A stretch of 61,929 bases of DNA, the filler included. It is 4 parts of 4 records of this genome, joined end to end, with 100 filler letters (N's around TTAATTAATTAA, not from the genome) between each part and the next. Parts side by side here need not be neighbours in the genome. Positions count along the whole stretch, not along the records: positions 21,054 to 36,748 come from SRR33789315_90; positions 36,849 to 61,929 come from SRR33789315_104; 2 more parts are not named here. One strand, written 5' to 3'. Position numbers and translations under genes: made by a program. Every line of letters starts with the position of its first letter. The stretch's first letter is position 1. The notes below the pieces were generated by a model. It made no database searches, was not told the origin of the DNA, and was given only the letters and a program-made list of their open reading frames with translations. Shown piece after piece: positions 29,072 through 37,949 of this stretch.

Positions 29072-30394
29072 CTACTCTTTGTCCATAAGTTCTCTAATCT
29101 TCCTGGATTCCCAGCTTCTCCCTAATAAGGGGTTCCAATTAAATACTTCCATTGCGTGAAAAAACACGCCCAGACCCCAGCCTATTATGGGAAAAATCGC
29201 CCAAGGAAATGAGGTGGTCCAAACATTGATAACTATAAAAACTAAAACAAAGATGCAGTATACCACCAGATGCCCATAAAAACCTTTTAGCTTCTCTATG
29301 TGATCTTTTGCCTGTGCATAGCGCTTATCTGCCAAGTAGGAATCTGATACGCGCGTCTGTCTAACTTCTCGTGTTAATAAGGGCAACGATACCACAAAGC
29401 TTTCTGGTGTTTTAATTATCTTCATAGGCCTATTTGACAACAGTTTATAACGTTGCCTAATATTTGCGAGACCTACACCACTCCCCTTTTTTATTACGGC
29501 TTTAGGCTGTAGATTATTTTTAACTAATAGCTCATCACCAGATTCTATAATCTCAATATGTAGCTTATTTGCTGTTGTAATACTATTATGCTTTACAGCG
29601 TTTTCTAGTAATAACTGAAGCGATAAAGGAACAATCTTAGCCTGCGGATTTTTAACCACCTGAGGAAGCGTAAATAAGATACTATCTTCAAAACGCATTT
29701 TGACTAAATTCATATAGGTTTTAGCGAAAGCCAGCTCTTCTTCAAGAGATATAAGCTCTTTGTTTTTTTGCTCTAAAACATAACGATACACTTTAGAAAG
29801 TGAAGTGGTAAATTTTTGAGCCTGATCTGGATTCTCTTCTATCAGGCTGGTAAGTACATTTAAACTATTAAACAAAAAATGCGGATCTAGCTGGTTTTTT
29901 AATGCATCAAACTGTGCTGAAGCTGTACCTGCAATTATCTTTTGTTCTTTTACTTGATTTTCTTTAGTATAACGATAATAGAAAATCGCATAAAAAAGCA
30001 AGGTAACCACCATTGATATAATAAACGAAACTAGATAAAACCGTGGCCCCTCTTCACCTAGAAATACTTCAAAAGATTTTCCATAAATTCCTACTAGAAG
30101 TATTAATCGTGCAACAAAAATGGCAAGAATACTTACTATAATTCCTCCTGTAATACCTTCTATTAAGTGTTTTTGCTTGAAAAGTCCTTTCTTATTTCTG
30201 CAATAAATAAAACGAAAAACATAAGCATTTGACATATAAATAATAAAAGAAAACAACATATCTTCTAATAAATCTATACCAAGGTCTCTGTCAAAAATAA
30301 TAGGTTTTCCTTGTATATATGCAATAATAAGGAACACCCCAAATACAGAGAGACCTACAACTATTGAATTTATAAATTCCTTAAAAAAATTCAT
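29072..30394 (-). CDS. LytS/YehU-family sensor histidine kinase with C-terminal 2TM domain
   Basis: Four N-terminal TMs, LKNQLDPHFLFNSLN, LLENAVKH and GVGLANI motifs, then YAQAK...GFYGHL...GWGLG...WESRKI. Confidence 0.93.
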   Translation of the reverse strand: MNFFKEFINSIVVGLSVFGVFLIIAYIQGKPIIFDRDLGIDLLEDMLFSFIIYMSNAYVFRFIYCRNKKGLFKQKHLIEGITGGIIVSILAIFVARLILLVGIYGKSFEVFLGEEGPRFYLVSFIISMVVTLLFYAIFYYRYTKENQVKEQKIIAGTASAQFDALKNQLDPHFLFNSLNVLTSLIEENPDQAQKFTTSLSKVYRYVLEQKNKELISLEEELAFAKTYMNLVKMRFEDSILFTLPQVVKNPQAKIVPLSLQLLLENAVKHNSITTANKLHIEIIESGDELLVKNNLQPKAVIKKGSGVGLANIRQRYKLLSNRPMKIIKTPESFVVSLPLLTREVRQTRVSDSYLADKRYAQAKDHIEKLKGFYGHLVVYCIFVLVFIVINVWTTSFPWAIFPIIGWGLGVFFHAMEVFNWNPLLGRSWESRKIRELMDKE

Positions 30395-31014
30395 TCTTTA
30401 CATGTTTCTGAAACTTCTATTGCCCTATTTTTTCCCCACATAGGATAAAAAGGCTCTTCTTTTGTATAGGAATCAAATAAGGGGATTGTGCTGGCAATTT
30501 GCTTACAATAACTGCTCGTATCTTGCCCAAAAAATTTAGCAGAGCCCATATCCCACTCTGCTTTACTTAAAAGTACTCTTGGGTTTTTGGGATCTAGCGC
30601 AAGTGCTTCTTCGTAAATCGCGCCCACTTTAGGTGCATAGGTCATCCCAAAACGTTGCCCATCATAGGCTACCCAAACCGTATAGAGATAGGCTTGTAAT
30701 ACCTTAATTTCAGGATTATCTTTAGAAAATGTCATAGCGAGATTCAAGTATTCTTGAGCTTTGTCTAACTGGGCTTTTATAATAGCTTCATCTTTAATCA
30801 TCCAGCTTTTATTGATATTGATCATCGCTACATAGTAATAAGGAATCCATTTATCCTGTTCTGCCTTCCCGATACGTTCAAAAAGGTTTGAAGCTTCATC
30901 AACTTTTTGTTCTTGATAGAGCGTTAATGCTTTTACCATTCCCTTTTCATAGGGAGATTGGGCCATTGCTAATGTCTGAGCTAAAATTACTAAAAGTAAG
31001 GTAATTGTTTTCAT
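30391..31014 (-). CDS. Secreted TPR-like protein
   Basis: Signal peptide; FERIG...WIPYYY and ALALDPKNPR helical-repeat pattern. Confidence 0.7.
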   Translation of the reverse strand: MKTITLLLVILAQTLAMAQSPYEKGMVKALTLYQEQKVDEASNLFERIGKAEQDKWIPYYYVAMININKSWMIKDEAIIKAQLDKAQEYLNLAMTFSKDNPEIKVLQAYLYTVWVAYDGQRFGMTYAPKVGAIYEEALALDPKNPRVLLSKAEWDMGSAKFFGQDTSSYCKQIASTIPLFDSYTKEEPFYPMWGKNRAIEVSETCKE

Positions 31015-31038
31015 GAGTTTTCAATTAGAAATTAATGC

Positions 31039-31455
31039 TTATAAGCGTATGCGTTGAACGATTTCTTGGTTGTCTTTTAGTTCAAATTTAGCATCTTCCC
31101 ATTTTGGAGGACCAAAACGAGCAGGTGCATTATTTGAAGCTCCATAATCCTCTGTAGGAAGAAAGTTAAGCAACATGTCTAGTTTTTTATTGCTGTTCTC
31201 ATCATGAAATACAGAAATAGCATAGACACCATCAGGGATATTTGTAAAACTGGCTACAGCCTTTTGTTCTTCAATCTTTACTTCAAGCGTATGTGATGGT
31301 GTGTTTAAAAAAGAGGTTTCGCTAGCATAGAGACCTACCATAACACTACCTTCATTATTATCAAAATTGTACATTTCTACTTTTACTGTATTTTGACCCA
31401 AAGCAGATAAGGATCCAAAAAATAAGACCATTAACCAATAAATTAAACTATTCAT
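31039..31455 (-). CDS. DUF2141 domain protein, secreted
   Basis: GVYAISVFHDENSNKKLD...PTEDYGASNN...FGPPKW; start set at MNSLIYW. Confidence 0.9.
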   Translation of the reverse strand: MNSLIYWLMVLFFGSLSALGQNTVKVEMYNFDNNEGSVMVGLYASETSFLNTPSHTLEVKIEEQKAVASFTNIPDGVYAISVFHDENSNKKLDMLLNFLPTEDYGASNNAPARFGPPKWEDAKFELKDNQEIVQRIRL

Positions 31456-31479
31456 AACTGTTGTTTTTGATTTATACTC

Positions 31480-31550
31480 CAAAATTGTGGAGATTGTCAC
31501 AAGTTTTCAATTAAAATCGACCCAACTGTTATATATTCATACCCAATTGT
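31480..31550 (-). promoter_or_regulatory. LytTR-type direct repeats and weak -7 box (operon promoter)
   Basis: Minus-strand ACAATTGGGT (31550-31541) and ACAGTTGGGT (31529-31520), 21-bp period; CAATTTTG at 31487-31480. Confidence 0.8.
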
Positions 31551-31589
31551 AAGATCCTTAACACATCTAATATGAGACTCCTATAAATG

Positions 31590-31632
31590 TGAGTAAAATC
31601 ATTTTATAAATGAGATTGTCCTATTAAATTTG
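31590..31632 (+). promoter_or_regulatory. Fnr-like box plus -7 box upstream of usp
   Basis: TGAG-taaa-ATCA (31590-31601), 23 bp, then TAAATTTG. Confidence 0.55.
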
Positions 31633-31664
31633 TTTTATAAGAAACATATAACACCGCTATAACC

Positions 31665-32504
31665 ATGAAAAAAATAATTGTCCCCATAGATTTTTCTGTA
31701 CATTCAGAAAACGCCTTAAAGGCTGCTGCCTTAATAGCAAAAAAAATTAATGCCTCTCTGGTTGTTGTACACATGATAGGAATTGCTGAATCTTCCTTGA
31801 CAAAAAGTAATGCAGATATAAATAAGCAAACGGTCTTTTTGCTTAAACTAAGTGAAAAACGTTTTGCTGAATTTTTAGATAAAGACTATTTAAAGGGAAT
31901 ATCTATTCTGCCAGTTGTTAAAAAGTATACCGTTTTTACCGAATTAAATACCGTTGCCAAAGAATATGAAGCCGAAATAATAGTGATGGGCTCTCATGGC
32001 ACCAGCGGATTCAATGAAATGTTTGTAGGCTCAAATACAGAGAAAGTAGTTAGAAGCTCTGAAGTACCTGTACTTGTAATCAAAAATCCTATTAGCGAAA
32101 TTAGTTGGACAAAAGGTGTTTTTGCATGTGACTTTAGTCCTGAAAATATTTCGGCTTATAAAAAAGCTAAATCTTTTTTCCAACTAATAGAGGCAGAGAT
32201 GCAATTATTGTATGTTAACCTTCCTAGTCAATTATTTAAAAGCACTGAAGAAATGGAAGATAAAGTATATAAATTTCTTACAGATGCAGGTGAAACTAAT
32301 ATTCTGGATGCCATAAATAAAGTCACTTATTATAATGATTATAGTGTTGAAAGCGGAATATTCAAGTATTCTCAAACTATAAATGCAGATATTATTTCCT
32401 TACCCACACACGGCAGACAAGGACTTGCCCATATATTTAATGGAAGTATTGGGGAAGATATAGCCAATCATTCAGACCTTCCCGTGTTAACCGTTAAAAT
32501 ATAA
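31665..32504 (+). CDS. Universal stress protein (tandem Usp domains)
   Basis: KKIIVPIDFS, VMGSHG...GSNTEKVVR and THGRQG...GSIGE motifs. Confidence 0.94.
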   Translation: MKKIIVPIDFSVHSENALKAAALIAKKINASLVVVHMIGIAESSLTKSNADINKQTVFLLKLSEKRFAEFLDKDYLKGISILPVVKKYTVFTELNTVAKEYEAEIIVMGSHGTSGFNEMFVGSNTEKVVRSSEVPVLVIKNPISEISWTKGVFACDFSPENISAYKKAKSFFQLIEAEMQLLYVNLPSQLFKSTEEMEDKVYKFLTDAGETNILDAINKVTYYNDYSVESGIFKYSQTINADIISLPTHGRQGLAHIFNGSIGEDIANHSDLPVLTVKI

Positions 32505-32515
32505 TTTAGGTACTA

Positions 32516-33487
32516 TTAATTACTTATAATTTTATTATTCTTTTCCCAGATAAGAGCCGCAGCACCACAAATTGCTGTGGTTTTTTCTGGTAATCCAGAA
32601 AGCAAAATTTTCACCTTCCCTTTATAAATTTCTAGAAGATATTCCTCAAAGTATTTTTCTAATGGTTCAAGAATCCATTTTCCGCTATTGACTAAACCAC
32701 CCATGAGAAAAAAGGCTTCGGGCTGGGAAAAAGCTGTGAAATTAGCCAAGGCCATCGCCATAATATCTGCTGTATAATCAAATGCTCTAATCGCTATAGG
32801 ATCTCCCTCTTCTGCTGCACGAGTTATTTCTTCACCATGTAGATCATTATAGGCTATATCTCTAAATCTACTTTCTTCTAAATACTGGCTTAACATATAC
32901 ATTATGGTACGTTTCAAGCCTGTTGCAGAAACATAAGCTTCAAGACCGCCCCGCACACCTAAACCTGTCAATCTTCCGTCACCTAAAGTTAAGTCTGTAT
33001 GTCCTAACTCTCCAGCAAAACCTTCATGCCCTTCAATTAATCTACCATTTGCAACTATTCCAGCTCCAAAACCAGTACCTAAAGTAATCACGATAAAGTC
33101 TTCCATTTCTTTGGCACCGCCAAAAAGCATTTCACCCAAAGCAGCTGCACTGGCATCATTCATCAAGCGCATAGGCAAATCCAGTCGTTCTTTCATTTTT
33201 GCTAAAATAGGTACGGTGCCTTTCCATCGTAGATTAGATGCATTAACAATTGTACCATATCTACTAGAAGCATTTGGCGCTCCTATCCCGCAGCCTACTA
33301 AATTAACCGGAAACTTGCACTGTTCTACCAGATATAATGCTGTATCTCTAACTTTATCTAAATAGACATCAAAATCTTCATATAATCGAGTTCTAAAAAA
33401 AGTGTGGCGTACACATACACCGTCTTTATCAACTAAACCAATTTTTGTTTTGGTTCCGCCTATATCAATTCCAATTACAAGATCCAT
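32516..33487 (-). CDS. ROK family sugar kinase (glucokinase-like)
   Basis: GIDIGGT, NDASAAALGE, TLGTGFGAG and AGELGH motifs. Confidence 0.92.
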   Translation of the reverse strand: MDLVIGIDIGGTKTKIGLVDKDGVCVRHTFFRTRLYEDFDVYLDKVRDTALYLVEQCKFPVNLVGCGIGAPNASSRYGTIVNASNLRWKGTVPILAKMKERLDLPMRLMNDASAAALGEMLFGGAKEMEDFIVITLGTGFGAGIVANGRLIEGHEGFAGELGHTDLTLGDGRLTGLGVRGGLEAYVSATGLKRTIMYMLSQYLEESRFRDIAYNDLHGEEITRAAEEGDPIAIRAFDYTADIMAMALANFTAFSQPEAFFLMGGLVNSGKWILEPLEKYFEEYLLEIYKGKVKILLSGLPEKTTAICGAAALIWEKNNKIISN

Positions 33488-33607
33488 AAATTTTTATGAT
33501 TTAAACAAAATAGAAAGCTCTAACTTATTAAAGTTAACACAAACCTCAATTTTAACCCCAGTAATTTATTAAAAAGATTAGGATTAACACTAAGCTTATT
33601 TACTTAT

Positions 33608-33651
33608 GTAACAAAAGTAACTGAGAACCAAGCTACACCTTCCTAAATTGG
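33608..33651 (+). promoter_or_regulatory. Crp/Fnr-like box plus -7 box upstream of sqr
   Basis: GTAAC-aaaa-GTAAC, one mismatch from the GTAAC-N4-GTTAC palindrome; TAAATTGG at 33644-33651. Confidence 0.5.
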
Positions 33652-33665
33652 GTAAAAATTATAAG

Positions 33666-35123
33666 GTGTCAAAAATAGTCATACTAGGAGCAGGGATTGC
33701 AGGTCACGTAGCCGCTGCCCACTTAAGAAGAAAACTTACTAATAACCACGAAGTGGTGGTGGTTTCTCCCAATAGTAATTACCAATGGGTGCCTTCAAAT
33801 ATCTGGGTAGGCATAGGTCGTATGCAACCTAAAGATATTTTGTTTCCTTTGGCTCCCCTCTATAAAAAGAAAGGTATTGGTTTTATACAAGCCAAAGCCC
33901 TTTCTTTTCATCCAGAAGGAGATCCTACAGTAGAAAAACCCTATATCCTAACAGAATATGTTGTGGGTGACCAAAAAGGAACCCAAGAAAAAGTGACCTA
34001 CGATTATCTAATTAATGCTACAGGTCCCAAACTTAATTTTGCCGCTACCGAAGGTTTACTTCCCGCAACCAACAAAACCTATTCGGTTTGTACCTATACG
34101 CACGCAGAAGAGGCTTGGCAAGGATTAAATACCTTAATTCAGGAAATGAAAGCGGGTAAAAGGGCTAAAATCCTTATTGGTACAGGGCACGCAAAAGCAA
34201 CCTGTCAAGGTGCTGCTTTTGAATACATACTAAATGTGGAGCAAGAACTAAGAAGACATGGCGTGCGCGACAACGCTACCATTACTTGGATTTCTAATGA
34301 ATTTAAACTTGGTGATTTTGGGATGGATGGTATGCTACTAAGCTATGGTAGTAATATTATGAAATCTAACGAAATGGTAGAAATGGTTTTTGAAGACCGG
34401 GGAATAAATTGGATTTTAGGCGCTGGGGTAAACAAGATCGAAGACGGTATTGCACATTATGAAAATCTAGAAGGTGAATTTAAAACCGAAACTTATGATT
34501 TTGCGATGCTAATTCCCTCCTTCTCTGGTCACGAATTCAAAGCCTATGATAAAACAGGTGTAGATATCACTCCCAAACTTTTTAAAGGGTTTATGCTGGT
34601 TGATGCAGATTATACGCCAAAACCATATGAAGAATGGTCTGTGCAAGACTGGCCAGAAACCTATCAAAATCCGTCGTATGCCAATATTTTTGCTCCAGGA
34701 ATCGCCTTTGCCCCACCACACGCGATATCAAAACCTCGTGTTAGCAAAAACGGAACCTCTATTTCGCCCTCACCACCCAGAACAGGAATGCCCTCTGGTA
34801 TTACTGCTGTGATTGTTGCAAACAATATTATAGATTCAATTAAAACAGGGAAAAATACCAGGAAACATAAAGGTTCTATGGGTAATATGGGCGCTGCCTG
34901 TATTGCTTCGGCAGGATTTGGGATGACACAAGGTAGTGGGATTAGTATTACCACTTTTCCTATAGTGCCAGATTATCATAAATATCCAGATACACATGGT
35001 AGACAACTCGGTAAAACCTTTGGTTCTATTGGTCTGGCTGGGCACTGGCTAAAATTAGCACTGCATTATGCCTTTATTTATAAAGCTAAAATGAAACCTT
35101 TCTGGTGGTTAATTCCAGAATAA
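33666..35123 (+). CDS. sqr: Sulfide:quinone oxidoreductase-like flavoprotein
   Basis: GAGIAG FAD motif; PSNIWVGIG; three SQR-type cysteines (SVCT, TCQGAAFE, AACIA); PRTG. GTG start at 33666. Confidence 0.82.
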   Translation: MSKIVILGAGIAGHVAAAHLRRKLTNNHEVVVVSPNSNYQWVPSNIWVGIGRMQPKDILFPLAPLYKKKGIGFIQAKALSFHPEGDPTVEKPYILTEYVVGDQKGTQEKVTYDYLINATGPKLNFAATEGLLPATNKTYSVCTYTHAEEAWQGLNTLIQEMKAGKRAKILIGTGHAKATCQGAAFEYILNVEQELRRHGVRDNATITWISNEFKLGDFGMDGMLLSYGSNIMKSNEMVEMVFEDRGINWILGAGVNKIEDGIAHYENLEGEFKTETYDFAMLIPSFSGHEFKAYDKTGVDITPKLFKGFMLVDADYTPKPYEEWSVQDWPETYQNPSYANIFAPGIAFAPPHAISKPRVSKNGTSISPSPPRTGMPSGITAVIVANNIIDSIKTGKNTRKHKGSMGNMGAACIASAGFGMTQGSGISITTFPIVPDYHKYPDTHGRQLGKTFGSIGLAGHWLKLALHYAFIYKAKMKPFWWLIPE

Positions 35124-35136
35124 TACACCATATACC

Positions 35137-35268
35137 ATGACACAAAGAATCTCAAAACGTCAACGATTCATTATGATGAATCCTATTATACAATTTTTCA
35201 AATTTATATACCTGAGCCTTAAAGTAATGATAATTGTTGCTGGCGGGCATGGAAGTACACGAACTTAA
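35137..35268 (+). CDS. Small 43-aa amphipathic/hydrophobic protein downstream of sqr
   Basis: Manual translation MTQRISKRQRFIMMNPIIQFFKFIYLSLKVMIIVAGGHGSTRT*; starts 13 bp after the sqr stop. Confidence 0.7.
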   Translation: MTQRISKRQRFIMMNPIIQFFKFIYLSLKVMIIVAGGHGSTRT

Positions 35269-35302
35269 AAAATAATTGATTAATCGTTGGCTGCATATAA
35301 GC

Positions 35303-35947
35303 TTACTTTATATCATAACTAGTCAAACGTCTAATAAATAATGGCGTATCACTTGATACAGAAGAAGCCGTTTCATAAATAAGCCCTATTCTATCAGCAT
35401 AATAAAAACGATCTCTTCCCTGAAATAATTCTCCTTGTGTATTCCTAGCAAAACGTTCAGAATTAATACAAGTAAAGGTTCCGGCTTCAGTAGTAATTTC
35501 GGTGTTATCTGGTACTAATTTTTCATAGGCAGTTCCCCAATCTTCCACACCTAAAATACGTTCCTCAAAACTGCTGTTGGTGAATTTTATCAATCCATTA
35601 CTTCGCACTAAAAACCCTAAAGAGTCTCTTACATTCTCAAAGTATAGAATATCTGGATTAGTTTGATAACCCGGATAAGAAAATATACGATTTTCATTTC
35701 CGCTCGATTTTCTTATGGTCTTAAAATAGGTTTGGTTATTGACCTTTTCTGTACCAATCACACTTACGGAATCTACAATTCCGGTATAGAGATAAGAATG
35801 GGTATCCTCATCATATTCATAATATTTATAGACCCACGAATTCCCTACTTTAAGTGCATAAAAATTTTCAGTTTCTACCGTATCATCGTCTGATGAACAT
35901 GAAAATAGTATAGTACTTAGAACAACATAAATGAGAAGATTTTTCAT
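35303..35947 (-). CDS. Hypothetical lipoprotein
   Basis: Lipobox LFSC followed by SSDDD; LKVGNSWVY, TEAGTFTC and YYADRIGLI beta-rich motifs. Confidence 0.75.
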   Translation of the reverse strand: MKNLLIYVVLSTILFSCSSDDDTVETENFYALKVGNSWVYKYYEYDEDTHSYLYTGIVDSVSVIGTEKVNNQTYFKTIRKSSGNENRIFSYPGYQTNPDILYFENVRDSLGFLVRSNGLIKFTNSSFEERILGVEDWGTAYEKLVPDNTEITTEAGTFTCINSERFARNTQGELFQGRDRFYYADRIGLIYETASSVSSDTPLFIRRLTSYDIK

Positions 35948-36189
35948 ACTTAAAAATTAGTTTTCGATTAGGAATGTTAACTATATTTAGGCGTTATAGC
36001 GTCTCAAAATGGCCTAAAAAAAAACACTTGTTAACCCTAAATTAATTTAGGCTAAACACTACCACTTTTTATACGGGTTTGTGTTTTATCTATAAACCTA
36101 AAAAAGGTGCAATGATACAAAGAATCTAACAAGGACACGGAAGGATACCTGAAAAAGACTTATTTTTTCTAGCTAAGTAATCACTATAT

Positions 36190-36233
36190 ATGATGAATAT
36201 CATTTTCTAAGTGTAGGTTGCAAAGTACCTTAA
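36190..36233 (+). promoter_or_regulatory. Fnr-like box plus -7-like box upstream of the DUF4405 gene
   Basis: ATGAT-gaat-ATCAT palindrome; core ends at 36202, 23 bp before TACCTTAA. Confidence 0.55.
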
Positions 36234-36247
36234 TGCATATTTTTGTT

Positions 36248-36664
36248 ATGAAAAGGACTGATCTTAATTTTGCGATTAATGCCTCTATGACCTTATGCAC
36301 CTCAGTAATCATAGGTACTGGCTTTTTACTAAAATACAAACTAATTCCGGGACAAGACCGTTGGGTAAAATATGGAAGTAACGTTGAACTGTACTTTTTA
36401 AATATGGACAGGCATCAATGGGGTTCTATTCATCTTATTTTAGGATTTATATTTTTAGGCCTACTCGTACTTCATATCTATTTGCATTGGAAAACGATTA
36501 CGAGTGTGTACAAAAGATTAATTAAAAAGCCATTGGCTAAAAAAGTAGTAGCATTTCTGTTTATTATGATTTGCCTCCTGCTTATTATTATACCGCTTTT
36601 TATTCAGCCCAGAATTGAAGCACGAGAAAATGGTCGGGGAAGCCACCATATGCAAATGAAATAG
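36248..36664 (+). CDS. DUF4405 domain membrane protein (cytochrome b-like)
   Basis: Three TMs; WGSIHLILG...LHIYLHW His pattern; ATG at 36248. Confidence 0.8.
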   Translation: MKRTDLNFAINASMTLCTSVIIGTGFLLKYKLIPGQDRWVKYGSNVELYFLNMDRHQWGSIHLILGFIFLGLLVLHIYLHWKTITSVYKRLIKKPLAKKVVAFLFIMICLLLIIIPLFIQPRIEARENGRGSHHMQMK

Positions 36665-36748
36665 ATTGGCTAGTAAAAATATCTTTTAATATAATAAGTG
36701 ACCCCGAAGAATCAATGATTTTCCAGCTCCCGTGACAAGAGCCGTTTT

Positions 36749-36848
36749 NNNNNNNNNNNNNNNNNNNNNNNNNNNNNNNNNNNNNNNNNNNNTTAATTAA
36801 TTAANNNNNNNNNNNNNNNNNNNNNNNNNNNNNNNNNNNNNNNNNNNN
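36749..36848. other. Artificial contig spacer
   Basis: N44-TTAATTAATTAA-N44. Confidence 0.99.
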
Positions 36849-36849
36849 T

Positions 36850-37089
36850 GATTTTGAACGCTTTTTTAATCATGCAGTACCAGAAGCTGAGCCTTATTAT
36901 CAACATTTAGATGAGGGCAGCGATGATATGCCGGCTCACTTAAAAAGCAGTATATTAGGTTCAAGTATCAGTATTCCTATTTCTAAAGGAAAGTTGAATA
37001 TGGGAATTTGGCAGGGTATTTATTTGTGTGAACACCGTAATTACGGCGGTGCCCGTTCAGTGGTAATAACTATTCAAGGCCAAGTTTAG
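36850..37089 (+). CDS. yjbQ: YjbQ/UPF0047 family protein, C-terminal part
   Basis: Not in ORF track. Manual translation DFERFFN...EGSDDMPAHLKSSILG...GIWQGIYLCEHR. Confidence 0.92.
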   Translation, partial: DFERFFNHAVPEAEPYYQHLDEGSDDMPAHLKSSILGSSISIPISKGKLNMGIWQGIYLCEHRNYGGARSVVITIQGQV

Positions 37090-37244
37090 TTGGTTTGTGT
37101 ATAAATACAATTTGGTAACTAGTGTTATCAGAGAACGTGAATTGGGCAGTATTCATGGTGCTATAATTATTGTTGAGCAAGTTGTTCACACATAAATTGA
37201 TAGGACGGCATGTTTTGCTGAATAATTTTATTCACTCGCTCAGG

Positions 37245-37721
37245 TCATTTTTCTGTAGTTGTCGTGTTTGTCTGATTGATGAATCCCTTGCTATTAATTG
37301 CGTCTGTGTGCCATGACTCTCTGCCTTTCCACTCGTCTCTGGAGCCTGGTTGCCAAGTTAGTGCATCTTTCGCCATGGGGTAATTGAGGTAATCAAAGTA
37401 ACGACTGACGGCTTCGCTAGGAAATGTTATCCGTTGTTCTGCATCGACGATGAATGGCCGTTTTCCTGTCAGTTGATGTATTCGACTATATAAACAGCGC
37501 TGTCCAGCAAATCCGGTTTCATCTTCATGAAAGTTTTCTCGCATTTTTAAAAGTGAAGGAATTGATAAGTTGGGGCTGCTAATTAAAAAAGTATGCTTGG
37601 CGGATAATATCTGATTATCCAAAATAAATGGGTTGGCATGGTAAGCCATATCTTTGACAAACACTGCTTGTTGCAGACTACTATCTGAGAGTAAGGCACA
37701 CACCAAAGAAAATGAAGTGAA
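37245..37721 (-). pseudogene. Truncated sulfotransferase-like (P-loop) gene remnant
   Basis: VFVKDMAYH...HTFLI...ETGF...IVDAE...LTW...WH...SKGF match the C-terminal two-thirds of the family; N-terminal PRSxST loop and an ATG start are absent; in-frame TAA just upstream. Confidence 0.6.
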
Positions 37722-37949
37722 TTAATGTTTGCTTTTGTCAACATTGGCTGCCAAAAATAGTTACTCAGCTTAGTAAATTTAGCCTAGTGAAGTGGAAATT
37801 AAATAGCAATACAAATTAGTTTTAGTGTAAAAAAGAAGATTCTGTCGAGCGCGATAGTGAGAATAAAATGGGCGTAAGTGCTTAATAATTTTTTTGATTA
37901 AGAGGGTATGTCTAAATCTTCTCTACTTCAGAAAATTGCTTTATGATGA

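Noticed and set aside
36061-36105. Possible minus-strand ECF promoter (...AAACCCGTATA) for lipoprotein gene 35947
   Set aside because: CGTA present but no AAC-type -35 element at the expected spacing
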